From contig CAYIKH010000002.1 of assembly GCA_964363965.1 (NCBI GenBank), positions 1-55,672 of the forward strand: a stretch of 55,672 bases of DNA, given 5' to 3'. How positions within the stretch are numbered: the stretch's first letter is position 1; every line of letters starts with the position of its first letter. The notes beneath the pieces are model-generated. The model made no database searches and was not told the origin of the DNA. It worked only from the letters and a program-made list of their open reading frames with translations. A program made the position numbers and the translations under genes. This document shows positions 9,293-18,165 of the stretch, one piece after another. The stretch comes from an uncultured Candidatus Saccharibacteria bacterium. Its GTDB lineage: Bacteria > Patescibacteriota > Minisyncoccia > Sungbacterales > SURF-37.

Positions 9293-11403
9293 ATATGAAT
9301 AAGGCGTCTTTATATCCGCAGCATTGGACAGAAACGCTGGCAGGCGTTGCTCTTCTTGTGCTTATTTCTGGATTCATCGGGCTCGGTCCAAACCCGGCCA
9401 TCGCGCAGGGAGACCTGGATGCACTCGGCAGTGAAGCGGTGACAGCGGGCTCTATCGAGCGGACGGCGCGCCTAACGCCGGCTGTGCCGACGACCTGCAG
9501 CCAGAGCTACATCACCTGCGGGATTCTCTTTGCCCTGAATTGGCTGGTAGACATGGTTATCAATATCGTCTACCCGCTTGTTGAACAGCTCTTCACGGCC
9601 ATGCTCTCGGAAAACCTCACCGCATTTGCCAATGGCCGCGCCCTTATCGCCGCGGAGGTTGGCTGGAGAATTGTTCTCGGCATCGTGAACATGTTTTTCG
9701 TGCTCCTGCTCCTCTGGATCGCCATTGCCACGATCTTTGACTTTTCCATGTTCAGCGCCAGGAGCCTTCTCCCCAAGCTTATCATCATGGCACTCCTCAT
9801 TAACTTCAGCTTCGCCATTGGTAAATCCATCATCAACCTTTCCAATGGAATTGGGAATATATTTTATGAGCAGATAAAAAGACAGGGCGGGCCCGCCGCT
9901 GCGGTCAAAAAAATGTTTGACATGAAGACCATGACGATGGGCATCCAAAATCAATATGTGTCCTTAAACCCGGAAGAGGCTCGACAAAAGTTGATAGACG
10001 CCAGAGTGACTCTCCAGCGCGGAATAACACCTTTGGGAATTATTGACATACCGCTCGGTGGTAGAACCGAGTGGACCGCTTTAGACTGCTACAATGAGGT
10101 CTATGCGTTACCAAGTTTCCTCGGGGGCTTGGCATATTTGTCACAGGCATGGATCTTCCAAGAGTGGACGTATAACCAGTGCAACGCTCTTCTCAAAAAC
10201 GTAGAAATTTCACAGGCGCTCGCCGCCATAGATCCAACGATTGGCAGTGAAATTTTGCTGGCCGGCGCGTTTATCGCCAAGGCATTCATGGTTCCCATTG
10301 TCCTCTTTGTCCTCTTTGCCGGCGCCATCATGTTCCTGGTCCGGCTCATCTCGCTAATGGGCCTCCTCATCTTTGCGCCCTTTGCCTTCCTCTCGTTCAT
10401 CATTCCCGGGATGGGAAATTTTTGGAGCGGCTGGTGGAACAAACTTTTCAAGTGGAGTTTCTTCCTGCCGGCGTTCCTCTTCCTTTTTATGCTGAGTCTT
10501 TTGGTGGTCCAGGGCATCCCCATTGAGACGCAAAGAGCAATACTCGCCGGTCAGGCGGTTCCGAACCTTTCCAGACTCATGCTGGATTACGCCGTCGGCA
10601 TCGGGCTTATGATCTTTGCGCTCCTCGTCGGCAATCAGATGTCAATTTATGGGGCGAGCGCTGTCGTGGGCATGGGGAAGCGGTGGTCTAAAGCCACCGG
10701 GGGATACGTGAAGGCTCGCGGCTGGAAGTACGCCGGCAAGGTGGCCGAGACAGCGGCGCCCATCACCAGTAGAATCCCAGGCCTCCGACAGGCTACAACC
10801 GCAGTGATGACCAGAGGAGCGAAAGTTGAGAAGAAAGACATTGAGTTTTACACTCGGCTTCCGGATCGGCAACTGGGTACGATGCTTTCCGGCATGCCTA
10901 CCGGAAAACGCCAGGCGATACTCGGGGCCCTGCCAGCGAAACGCAAAATTAAATTCACTCCAGAAGGACAGTTGGCCACCGCCCCGCCGCCAGCGGCTCC
11001 ACCCACTCCAGTAACACCCAGAGAACTTCAGGTCCAGGTGCTGCCAATAGTCCAGGGATTACAAGCAATACAAAACTTGCCCCAAGCCGTCCGCGAGGCC
11101 ATAGCCGAAGGTATAAACCGCACCATACAAGAACGTCCCGGGGCATCGCCGAGTGAAATTGCAACCGCAGTACAGGAGACAGTGAATTCCACGGTGCGGA
11201 TCCATCCAGAGACAACGGCTGAACAGCGCGAGCAGATTAAAATCGCAATACAAGCACAGGCGCCAAATATCCAACGCGTGGTAGAGCAATCTAGGCGGCC
11301 TGCCGTCCCATCACGACCTTCACGTCCACCTATGCGGGAAGAATTTGAAGAAGAAATCGAATCGCTTAAAGACGAGATAGAGGAACTACGAGAGCGTAAA
11401 TAA
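9289..11403 (+). CDS. Polytopic membrane protein, VirB6/TrbL-like channel component
   Basis: 704 aa. Signal peptide, periplasmic domain, then at least 6 TM helices (for example IVLGIVNMFFVLLLLWIAIATIF and LIIMALLINFSFAIG). The long hydrophilic C-terminus is Pro-rich with a charged coiled coil (EEFEEEIESLKDEIEELRERK). This architecture is typical of VirB6/TrbL. Confidence 0.55.
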   Translation: MNMNKASLYPQHWTETLAGVALLVLISGFIGLGPNPAIAQGDLDALGSEAVTAGSIERTARLTPAVPTTCSQSYITCGILFALNWLVDMVINIVYPLVEQLFTAMLSENLTAFANGRALIAAEVGWRIVLGIVNMFFVLLLLWIAIATIFDFSMFSARSLLPKLIIMALLINFSFAIGKSIINLSNGIGNIFYEQIKRQGGPAAAVKKMFDMKTMTMGIQNQYVSLNPEEARQKLIDARVTLQRGITPLGIIDIPLGGRTEWTALDCYNEVYALPSFLGGLAYLSQAWIFQEWTYNQCNALLKNVEISQALAAIDPTIGSEILLAGAFIAKAFMVPIVLFVLFAGAIMFLVRLISLMGLLIFAPFAFLSFIIPGMGNFWSGWWNKLFKWSFFLPAFLFLFMLSLLVVQGIPIETQRAILAGQAVPNLSRLMLDYAVGIGLMIFALLVGNQMSIYGASAVVGMGKRWSKATGGYVKARGWKYAGKVAETAAPITSRIPGLRQATTAVMTRGAKVEKKDIEFYTRLPDRQLGTMLSGMPTGKRQAILGALPAKRKIKFTPEGQLATAPPPAAPPTPVTPRELQVQVLPIVQGLQAIQNLPQAVREAIAEGINRTIQERPGASPSEIATAVQETVNSTVRIHPETTAEQREQIKIAIQAQAPNIQRVVEQSRRPAVPSRPSRPPMREEFEEEIESLKDEIEELRERK

Positions 11404-11416
11404 TAGTGTACGTCAT

Positions 11417-12415
11417 ATGCCGAGTATATTGGAGACCATAGCCCAAAATTTAAGCGCCAAACTGCCTGCAGAATTTCGACGAGCAGTAGCCAGCATCCCA
11501 GTAACAGAACGCATCTATGGCCTTGGACGACGGCATGGTCTAAATGTTGAAGAAATCGGCAAGCTGGCCGAACAAATTTCGGGGTTTATCTCCGGCGAGG
11601 TGAACGCGAAAGCCTTCACCTCGGCTCTCCTCGAAATCCTTGATGCTGATCGGGAGAAAGCTGCTGCCGTGGCCATGGATGCCAACACCCAGATCTTCAT
11701 GCCCATCCGCGAGGCATTGCGCATGGCTACCAGCCCGCCGCCAAAACCCCCGCCAGCTGGCGGGCCGCCGCCGATGGTGTCAAAACCAGCGCCAGCCGCC
11801 CCAAAACCTCCGGCTCCACCGCCAGCACCTCCGCTGATGCCAAAACCATCACCGCCGCAGCCAAAAGTTGCTCCTCCACCGCCGCCTCTACCCAAAGCCG
11901 TGGCTAAAGAAGAGGTCCGGCCTAAACAACCCGAGCCGCTGATTATAAGACCACTGCCCACTCCGCCGCCGGAACCGAAAGTAGAAATAGAAAAGCCGCC
12001 ATCTCCGCCGGCTGCATCGGTAAAACTGCAGCCACCACCTCCTCCAGCTCCGCCGCCAACGCCAAAACCCTTGAGCGGGCCGCAATCACCAAGGCCTCAG
12101 CCGACTCCTACTTTGCCCAAGGCTCCGGCCAGCGTTGAAACTTTGGCCGACAAGCCAACTGAAACTTATGAGCAGACTAAAGCGGCAGTAAGCAAGGAGT
12201 TGGAGGAGTTCCAAAAGAAGCAAGCCGAGGAGCCTAAGCCGCCGGCCGGCCCATCGCCCCATGTCATCAAAAAAGAAGACATGCAAAAGCCTCCGCCAGC
12301 TGGCGGCGGGCCGGCTGGCGAGGTGCCGCCGCTTAAACTGCCGCCGGAAAAATTCCCGCATACCCAGGCGCCGGAACAGTATGGAGTGGATCCGTATCGG
12401 GAGCCCCAAGAGTAA
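11417..12415 (+). CDS. Proline-rich low-complexity protein
   Basis: Globular N-terminal region of about 100 aa, followed by about 230 aa rich in PPxP / PKPP repeats. The minus-strand Gly-rich ORFs in this region are antisense artefacts of the Pro codons. Confidence 0.5.
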   Translation: MPSILETIAQNLSAKLPAEFRRAVASIPVTERIYGLGRRHGLNVEEIGKLAEQISGFISGEVNAKAFTSALLEILDADREKAAAVAMDANTQIFMPIREALRMATSPPPKPPPAGGPPPMVSKPAPAAPKPPAPPPAPPLMPKPSPPQPKVAPPPPPLPKAVAKEEVRPKQPEPLIIRPLPTPPPEPKVEIEKPPSPPAASVKLQPPPPPAPPPTPKPLSGPQSPRPQPTPTLPKAPASVETLADKPTETYEQTKAAVSKELEEFQKKQAEEPKPPAGPSPHVIKKEDMQKPPPAGGGPAGEVPPLKLPPEKFPHTQAPEQYGVDPYREPQE

Positions 12416-12899
12416 TCGCGAATATACGAATCAAAGACGAATATACAAATATACGAATTACAAATTGAAATGTTGGGCAAGATTGTCTACCCCGAACTGA
12501 GTTATAAGATAATTGGTGCAGCCTTTTAGGTATTTAATGAAGGTGGCTATGGTGGGAGCGAAAAGTACTATCAAAAATTGTTTGCGAAAGCGCTGGAGGA
12601 AGAACACATGCCATTCAAAAAGGAACAGCTTATAACACTGCAGTATCACAACCAACCGGCAGGTCGCTACTACCTTGACTTCGTGGTGGATAACAAAATT
12701 GTGGTGGAGTTAAAAATGCGACCTAAATTTGGTTATAGCCACATCAAACAAGTGGCGGATTATTTAAAAACTACCGGCTTCCGGCTTGCCATACTCATCT
12801 ATTTCACCCGTGACGGCGTTAAGTACCGCCGCATTCTCCACCCAGTATAAATTCATATATTCGTATATTGAAGCAAGATTTGTATATTCGCGATTACTC
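12410..12899. mobile_element. AT-rich cassette flanked by perfect 18-bp inverted repeats, carrying an interrupted GxxExxY gene
   Basis: Left inverted repeat GAGTAATCGCGAATATAC at 12410-12427. Its exact reverse complement lies at 12882-12899. The interior is about 42% GC against about 58-60% in the flanking genes. GAATATAC-type tandem motifs lie adjacent to both IRs. Confidence 0.4.
12470..12850 (+). pseudogene. GxxExxY-family PD-(D/E)XK protein gene interrupted by one in-frame TAG (12527-12529)
   Basis: ATG at 12470 gives MLGKIVYPELSYKIIGAAF, then TAG. The same frame continues as VFNEGGYGGSEKYYQKL...YYLDFVVDNKIVVELKMRP...GFRLAILIYF. This matches GxxExxY family members (kIIgaa-e-v-n-lG-G-lE-vY; D-x-(D/E)-x-K core). 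Confidence 0.6.
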
Positions 12900-13323
12900 C
12901 GTGCAACAATACCAAGTCCCACAATTCATTGACATTGAAGACCGCATTATCGGGCCGCTGACCTTAAAGCAGTTCATGTACCTCTTGGGTGCGGCCGCGG
13001 TGGCGCTGGTGGGCTGGTTTTTCCTCTATATTCCGCTCTTTATTTTATTCGCTGTTCCTATTATCGCCGTCTTTACGGCCATGGCTTTTGTAAAAATCAA
13101 CGGCCGGCCCCTGCCAACCATTCTCATGAATGCCATCAACTATTATTTAAAGCCCCGTCTCTACCTCTGGCGCCAAGCCAAGGAAAAGCACCCAGCCGAA
13201 GCTCAAGCTCCAGCCTCAAAAACCCCTGCCCTGCCGGGCATCCCAAAAATATCCGAGTCTAAATTGGCTGATCTGGCCTGGAGCCTGGATATTAAAGAAA
13301 AAATTGAAAGAGAACACAAGTGA
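12868..13323 (+). CDS. PrgI/VirB3-like small membrane protein of Gram-positive-type T4SS
   Basis: TTG start at 12868, with an alternative GTG at about 12901. The N-terminal VPQFIDIEDRIIGPLTLKQF segment matches the PrgI-family leader. A two-TM hairpin follows (YLLGAAAVALVGWFFLYIPLFILFAVPIIAVFTAMAF). It lies directly upstream of VirB4. Confidence 0.5.
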   Translation: MKQDLYIRDYSVQQYQVPQFIDIEDRIIGPLTLKQFMYLLGAAAVALVGWFFLYIPLFILFAVPIIAVFTAMAFVKINGRPLPTILMNAINYYLKPRLYLWRQAKEKHPAEAQAPASKTPALPGIPKISESKLADLAWSLDIKEKIEREHK

Positions 13324-13360
13324 TTCGTTATAATTCGTTTCAAGTATTCGACGCTCATCC

Positions 13361-14044
13361 GTGGCAAATACCCTCCCGACACAATCCAAAAGTGCAGAAT
13401 CAGCGCAAAAATTCCTCTCCATTGAGACCATTCGCGACGGCATTGTGGTCTTGAAGCACGCTCAGGGCCTTAGGGCCGTGGTCATGGTCTCGGCTTTGAA
13501 CTTCGCCCTGAAATCCGAAGACGAGCAGGATGCCCTGGTGATGCAATATGAGAATCTCCTGAATGCCCTGGATTTTTCAATGCAGTTTGTGGTCCAGTCG
13601 CGGAGATTGAACATCCAGCCCTATCTCGAAACTCTCGCCGCACGAGCTCAGGAGGAAACCGGCGAGCTCCTGAAAGTGCAGATCGCCGAATATATAGAGT
13701 TCGTTAAAACCTTTGTCGAGCTCTCGCAGATTGTGTCCAAAACCTTTTATGCCGTCGTGCCCTTCCAGCCTTCCATCCTGGAACGCCAGCCCGGCCTGAT
13801 CAAGAGATTAGGCGGGTTCTGGGGCGGAACAGCCAGCACTGAATTTACCTCGCCCGAAGATGAGTTCGCTCACTTCAAGGGCCAGCTTCTCCAGAGAGTG
13901 GATGCAGTGAGCCTGGGCCTGAAGAGGCTCGGATTACGCACGGCGATGCTCAACACCGAAGAGCTGATCGAACTGTTTTACGGACTATACAATCCCACCG
14001 AATCCCAGAAAATTACAACCACAGATAATAAACGCATAGAATAA
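13361..14044 (+). CDS. VirB4/TrbE/CagE N-terminal domain, as a separate ORF
   Basis: IETIRDGIVVLK...LRAVVMVSALNF-LKSEDEQDALVMQYENLLNALDFSMQFVVQSRRLN resembles the N-terminal domain of VirB4-family ATPases. It is in the same frame as the next ORF, separated only by TAA plus one codon. Confidence 0.6.
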   Translation: MANTLPTQSKSAESAQKFLSIETIRDGIVVLKHAQGLRAVVMVSALNFALKSEDEQDALVMQYENLLNALDFSMQFVVQSRRLNIQPYLETLAARAQEETGELLKVQIAEYIEFVKTFVELSQIVSKTFYAVVPFQPSILERQPGLIKRLGGFWGGTASTEFTSPEDEFAHFKGQLLQRVDAVSLGLKRLGLRTAMLNTEELIELFYGLYNPTESQKITTTDNKRIE

Positions 14045-14047
14045 CAG

Positions 14048-15883
14048 ATGAAGATACCATTTTTCACCAAACAAAAAGGCGAGGCGACCGAGGTCTTTTC
14101 CATATTCCCCGAGACCATCTATAAAAGCGGGGTGGCTTCGCTTCAGGACGTCATCGCTCCGGCCGCCCTCGAAATCAATCCTAGCTTCTTGAGATTGGGC
14201 GAGAAGCTGGTGCGGACGATCTTCATTTTTTCCTACCCCCGCTATTTGAACACCAACTGGTTCTCTCCGGTGATTAATCTAGACAAGGTCTTTGACATCT
14301 CGTTTTTTGTCCATCCGGTGGATACCTCCATGATGTTGAGACAACTGCAAAAGCAGGTGGCCCGGGTGCAGTCACAAATTTCAATGCGCGAGGAAAAGGG
14401 TTTAGTGCGCGATCCGATGCTGGATACCGCCTACCGCGACCTGGAGGAACTGCGCGACAAGTTGCAGCAGGCCCGGGAACGGTTATTCAACTTTGGACTT
14501 TATGTTTCAATCTACGGCCAGAGTCTGGAGGAGTTGAATAAAATCGAGAATGATCTTCGCTCCATACTGGAGTCGCGAATAGTCTATTTCAAGCCGGCGC
14601 TGTTTCAACAGGAAGACGGATTTCACTCCACGCTGCCGATAAATACCGACCGCCTGCAAATCCACAGCTACTTAAACTCCGGACCCATTTCCAGCACCTT
14701 CCCTTTTGTCTCCTTTGACCTCACCTCCAATCAAGGAATCCTTTACGGCGTCAACCGCCACAATAACTCCCTTATCCTGTTTGATCGCTGGTCGCTGGAA
14801 AATGCCAACTCGGTGATCTTTGCCGTGTCGGGGGCTGGGAAAAGTTACGCCGCAAAATTGGAAATTTTGCGCTCGCTCATGTTTGGCGCGGATGTCATTG
14901 TTATTGATCCGGAACGGGAATATCAGTATCTCGCCGAGACCGTCGGCGGAACCTACTTTAATATCTCTTTAACCTCGCCCAATCACATCAATCCTTTTGA
15001 CCTGCCCGTTCCCCGCGAGGACGAATCGCCCTCCGACGTCCTCCGCTCCAACATCATTAACCTGATCGGTTTTTTTAGAATACTTTTGGGCGGCCTGACC
15101 CCGCAGGAGGATGCCATACTTGACCGGGCCATCGCCGAGACCTATGCCGCGCGGGACATCACCCCGGAAACTGATTTCTCAACCGCCGTGCCGCCGACGC
15201 TATCTGACCTCGAGCTCGTTTTGGCCAACACCGAGGGCGGCGAAGACTTGGCGGTGCGCCTAAAAAAATACACCCAAGGGACGTGGGCCGGCTTTATCAA
15301 CCAGCAGACCAATCTTGACGTTAAAAACCGCATGGTCGTATTCTCGGTCCGCGACATGGAGGAGGAGCTTCGGCCGGTGGCCATGTATATAGTGCTCCAC
15401 TACATCTGGAATCTAGTGCGCTCGGAGTTAAGAAAACGGCTTTTGGTGGTGGATGAGGCCTGGTGGCTGATGCGCTACGAAGACGGGGCCTCCTTCCTCT
15501 ATTCCATTGCCAAACGGGCTAGAAAATATTTCTTGGGACTCTCCACCATCACCCAGGACGTGGCCGACTTTATGGGCTCACCCTACGGCAAGCCTCTGGT
15601 CACCAACTCCTCGCTCCAACTTCTCATGAAGCAGTCCCCGGCCACCATCAAGACCGTTGTAGAAACATTTAACCTCACCAATGAGGAAAAATTCTTGCTC
15701 CTGGAATCCGAGGTCGGCGAAGGAATATTCTTTGCCGGCTTAAAGCACGTGGCCATCAAAATCATCGCCTCCTATACCGAAGACCAGGTCATCACCTCGG
15801 ACCCCCAGCAGCTTTTATTGATCCGCAAGGCCAAAGAAGAATTTGCCAGAACCTACCAAGCCGAAGTAGGTGTATCCACTTAA
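14048..15883 (+). CDS. virB4: VirB4-family T4SS ATPase (TrsE/PrgJ-like)
   Basis: 611 aa. Walker A VIFAVSGAGKSYAAK; Walker B LLVVDEAWWL; plus the conserved VirB4 blocks SFFVHPVD, GLVRDPMLDTAYRDLEELRD and GLSTITQDVADF. Confidence 0.85.
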   Translation: MKIPFFTKQKGEATEVFSIFPETIYKSGVASLQDVIAPAALEINPSFLRLGEKLVRTIFIFSYPRYLNTNWFSPVINLDKVFDISFFVHPVDTSMMLRQLQKQVARVQSQISMREEKGLVRDPMLDTAYRDLEELRDKLQQARERLFNFGLYVSIYGQSLEELNKIENDLRSILESRIVYFKPALFQQEDGFHSTLPINTDRLQIHSYLNSGPISSTFPFVSFDLTSNQGILYGVNRHNNSLILFDRWSLENANSVIFAVSGAGKSYAAKLEILRSLMFGADVIVIDPEREYQYLAETVGGTYFNISLTSPNHINPFDLPVPREDESPSDVLRSNIINLIGFFRILLGGLTPQEDAILDRAIAETYAARDITPETDFSTAVPPTLSDLELVLANTEGGEDLAVRLKKYTQGTWAGFINQQTNLDVKNRMVVFSVRDMEEELRPVAMYIVLHYIWNLVRSELRKRLLVVDEAWWLMRYEDGASFLYSIAKRARKYFLGLSTITQDVADFMGSPYGKPLVTNSSLQLLMKQSPATIKTVVETFNLTNEEKFLLLESEVGEGIFFAGLKHVAIKIIASYTEDQVITSDPQQLLLIRKAKEEFARTYQAEVGVST

Positions 15884-15908
15884 CGAATCAGTGTAAGGAA
15901 CGCGCCCT

Positions 15909-16346
15909 ATGGACGAAGAACAAACACTGAGATTGGAAGAATTGAACGCGGCCAGGCGCCAGGATGAGATTGAGGCTGAATTAGCACGCGAAGCTGGACT
16001 CGATGATGCTGAATCGGACGCAACAGAAGTGGGTGCGGACACGGCTCCGGCGAGCGCATCGTCGGTGATCGTGTTGCTAGGATTCGCAAAAGACGGGTTT
16101 GATTTGGTAATGACCGCCCTGGGAATAGGGCTGATCCCGTTTGTCGGCCAGATTCCCGGCATGCTCTTCACCGTCTTCCTCATCTATTATCAGTGGAGTC
16201 ACGGGATGTTCAGCGGCGGCTCGCTCGTCAAGAAGGCCCTTTCGATCGGCGCCTCGCTGTTAGACAATGTCCCCGGTATACACCTCCTCCCCCTTTCCGG
16301 CGTGGCCATGTGGATCTCGCGGAATGTTATTTCGCGGACCGCCTAA
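15909..16346 (+). CDS. Small membrane protein (acidic N-terminus, 2-3 TM)
   Basis: SD-like AAGGAA upstream. The N-terminus is acidic and coiled; TM segments include VIVLLGFAKDGFDLVMTALGIGLIPFV and MLFTVFLIYYQW. It sits in an operon with VirB4. Confidence 0.5.
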   Translation: MDEEQTLRLEELNAARRQDEIEAELAREAGLDDAESDATEVGADTAPASASSVIVLLGFAKDGFDLVMTALGIGLIPFVGQIPGMLFTVFLIYYQWSHGMFSGGSLVKKALSIGASLLDNVPGIHLLPLSGVAMWISRNVISRTA

Positions 16347-16384
16347 CGCCTCGCTGGGGCTAAATATGGCATCCGGCGCATAAA

Positions 16385-17704
16385 ATGCCAACCACCCCAA
16401 AACAGGATACAATAACCTTAATGGCGCGAGTTATATTCATCGCATCGGTCCTCGCCGCCGCGGCTTTGTGGTTCAGTCAAGCAAGCCCGGCTCTCTCGCA
16501 AGAGCCGCCTCCATCCGTCTCTCTTGTTATGTTCCCGCCAATGGCCTTTGTGGGCGACTCTATCACCGTGACCGCCATCCCCCAAGGCTTTGCGGCAACC
16601 AGCACGGCATTTGAGTGGTATCGCGACGGCGCGTTGCTTCCCTATAATTCGGGTATCGGACGCACCACCCTGGCGCTCTCCACTGATCCCGACAAGCCCG
16701 AGACGATCGCGATCCGGGTTGTGGCGCGGCCTCCCGGGCTCGGGCCAATCGAAGGCCGAGCCACCATCCAGACGCTTCCCGGCGGTCCGACCCAGAATCT
16801 GCAAGTCATATCCGGCCTCACCACTAGTTTCACCGTGAAAGCATCGAATTCCAATCCGGATCCCGGAGAATCGGTCACGGTGTCGGTCTCAACCTTTGCG
16901 TTCGATACCACTGCCGCCAGCTACCAGTGGTATATAAACGGCGTCCGCCAGAGCGAGGCGAGCGGACGAGGTAAAACGCAACTTACGCTCACGGCGGGCA
17001 AGGAGGGAGAGACGAAAACCGTAAGCGTAGACGTTACGACTCCCGATGGTCAAAATAAATCCGGCAGCGTTACCATCCGCCCCGCAACCGCAACCCTCTA
17101 CTGGTGGACGGACACTTCCGTGCCCTACTGGTATAAAGGCAAGGCCCTGCCGAGCGTCGGCGCCCGCGTGAGCGTGCTCGCGCTCCCGAATGTCTCAAAC
17201 CCCTCGGCCCTGTCCTACCAGTGGGAGTTCAACGCCGGGTTTCTTCAGCAAGCGTCGGGTGTCGGGAAATCTTCCTATTCGTTCACGATTAGTCTGCCGG
17301 TTGAGGAGCAGGTGGGAATCACCATGAAGCACCCCGCGGGGACGTTCGAGAAAACGAGGTCCATCGGCATCCGGCCAGCCACGCCGCTAGTCGGCATCTA
17401 TGAAGTCCGGCCGCTCCGCGGCGTAGTTTTTGAAAAGAAACTTAACGAATTTAGAGCGCCGTCCGGAGAACCTTATGATTTTGTTGCTCTACCTTTCTTT
17501 TTCCCCAAAGAGCGCCAGAATAATCTGAATTATCTCTGGACGCTAAACGGCAAAGACATTCTGGGCGCCTTTGCCAAGCCCTGGCTTTTCACCTTGACGT
17601 CTAACCCCAATACGCCGAGCCTGGACAGCCTTAGTGTGGTCATTAAAGATCCCGCAGCTCCAAGCTCGCCGGCTCATGCCGCCTTAACCGTTCAATTGCA
17701 TTGA
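16385..17704 (+). CDS. Secreted protein with four tandem roughly 100-aa beta-rich repeats
   Basis: Signal peptide. Four internal repeats each begin with an aromatic W/Y motif: FEWYRDGALLPYNSGIGRTTLAL; YQWYINGVRQSEASGRGKTQLTL; YQWEFNAGFLQQASGVGKSSYSF; YLWTLNGKDILGAF. Confidence 0.6.
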   Translation: MPTTPKQDTITLMARVIFIASVLAAAALWFSQASPALSQEPPPSVSLVMFPPMAFVGDSITVTAIPQGFAATSTAFEWYRDGALLPYNSGIGRTTLALSTDPDKPETIAIRVVARPPGLGPIEGRATIQTLPGGPTQNLQVISGLTTSFTVKASNSNPDPGESVTVSVSTFAFDTTAASYQWYINGVRQSEASGRGKTQLTLTAGKEGETKTVSVDVTTPDGQNKSGSVTIRPATATLYWWTDTSVPYWYKGKALPSVGARVSVLALPNVSNPSALSYQWEFNAGFLQQASGVGKSSYSFTISLPVEEQVGITMKHPAGTFEKTRSIGIRPATPLVGIYEVRPLRGVVFEKKLNEFRAPSGEPYDFVALPFFFPKERQNNLNYLWTLNGKDILGAFAKPWLFTLTSNPNTPSLDSLSVVIKDPAAPSSPAHAALTVQLH

Positions 17705-18165
17705 ATTTTATGCTGAAGATCTCCTTGTTCTCGCTTCTTGTGATTATGCTGGCCCTCGCCCTTAGCGGTCCTGATTTTGCCTTGGCTCAAAACCCGGGCG
17801 GACCATCCAGCGGAGCGGGACCGCCATCCGGCGGAGCGGGACCGCCCATAATCGTAGTCTCAACTTATCTTTCCAACCTATATCTTTGGTTTTTGGGATT
17901 TATCGGTGTCGCCGCACTCTTTGCCATTGTTCGCGGCGGAGTGACCTATATGTTTTCCGGGGCCAATCCGGCGCTCGTTGGTGAAGCCAAACGCTGGATC
18001 TGGAATGCCATATGGGGAATTGTTTTGGCCGCGGCCTCCTTTCTACTCCTCTGGACCATTAACCCCGATCTCATAACCCACGGGTTTGATATCGAAAGTA
18101 TCATTAACAGCCGACCATCATCCATTCCTGGCCCCCTTGCTCCGGGGAGCCAGCAAGTTCCATGA
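17701..18165 (+). CDS. Pilin-like protein (VirB2/TrbC-type topology)
   Basis: Cleavable signal peptide ending ALA-QNP. A PGGPSSGAGPPSGGAGPP repeat follows, then two hydrophobic helices (LWFLGFIGVAALFAIV and WGIVLAAASFLLLWTI) separated by a short loop. There is a 4-nt overlap with the neighbouring gene. Confidence 0.5.
   Translation: MNFMLKISLFSLLVIMLALALSGPDFALAQNPGGPSSGAGPPSGGAGPPIIVVSTYLSNLYLWFLGFIGVAALFAIVRGGVTYMFSGANPALVGEAKRWIWNAIWGIVLAAASFLLLWTINPDLITHGFDIESIINSRPSSIPGPLAPGSQQVP

Noticed and set aside
11515-12409. Minus-strand Gly-rich ORFs (11515-11961, 12086-12409, 12166-12480) and the plus ORF 11640-11837
   Set aside because: These are antisense or off-frame readings of the CCN/CCG-rich proline-repeat gene. 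Gly-rich translation is the expected mirror artefact.
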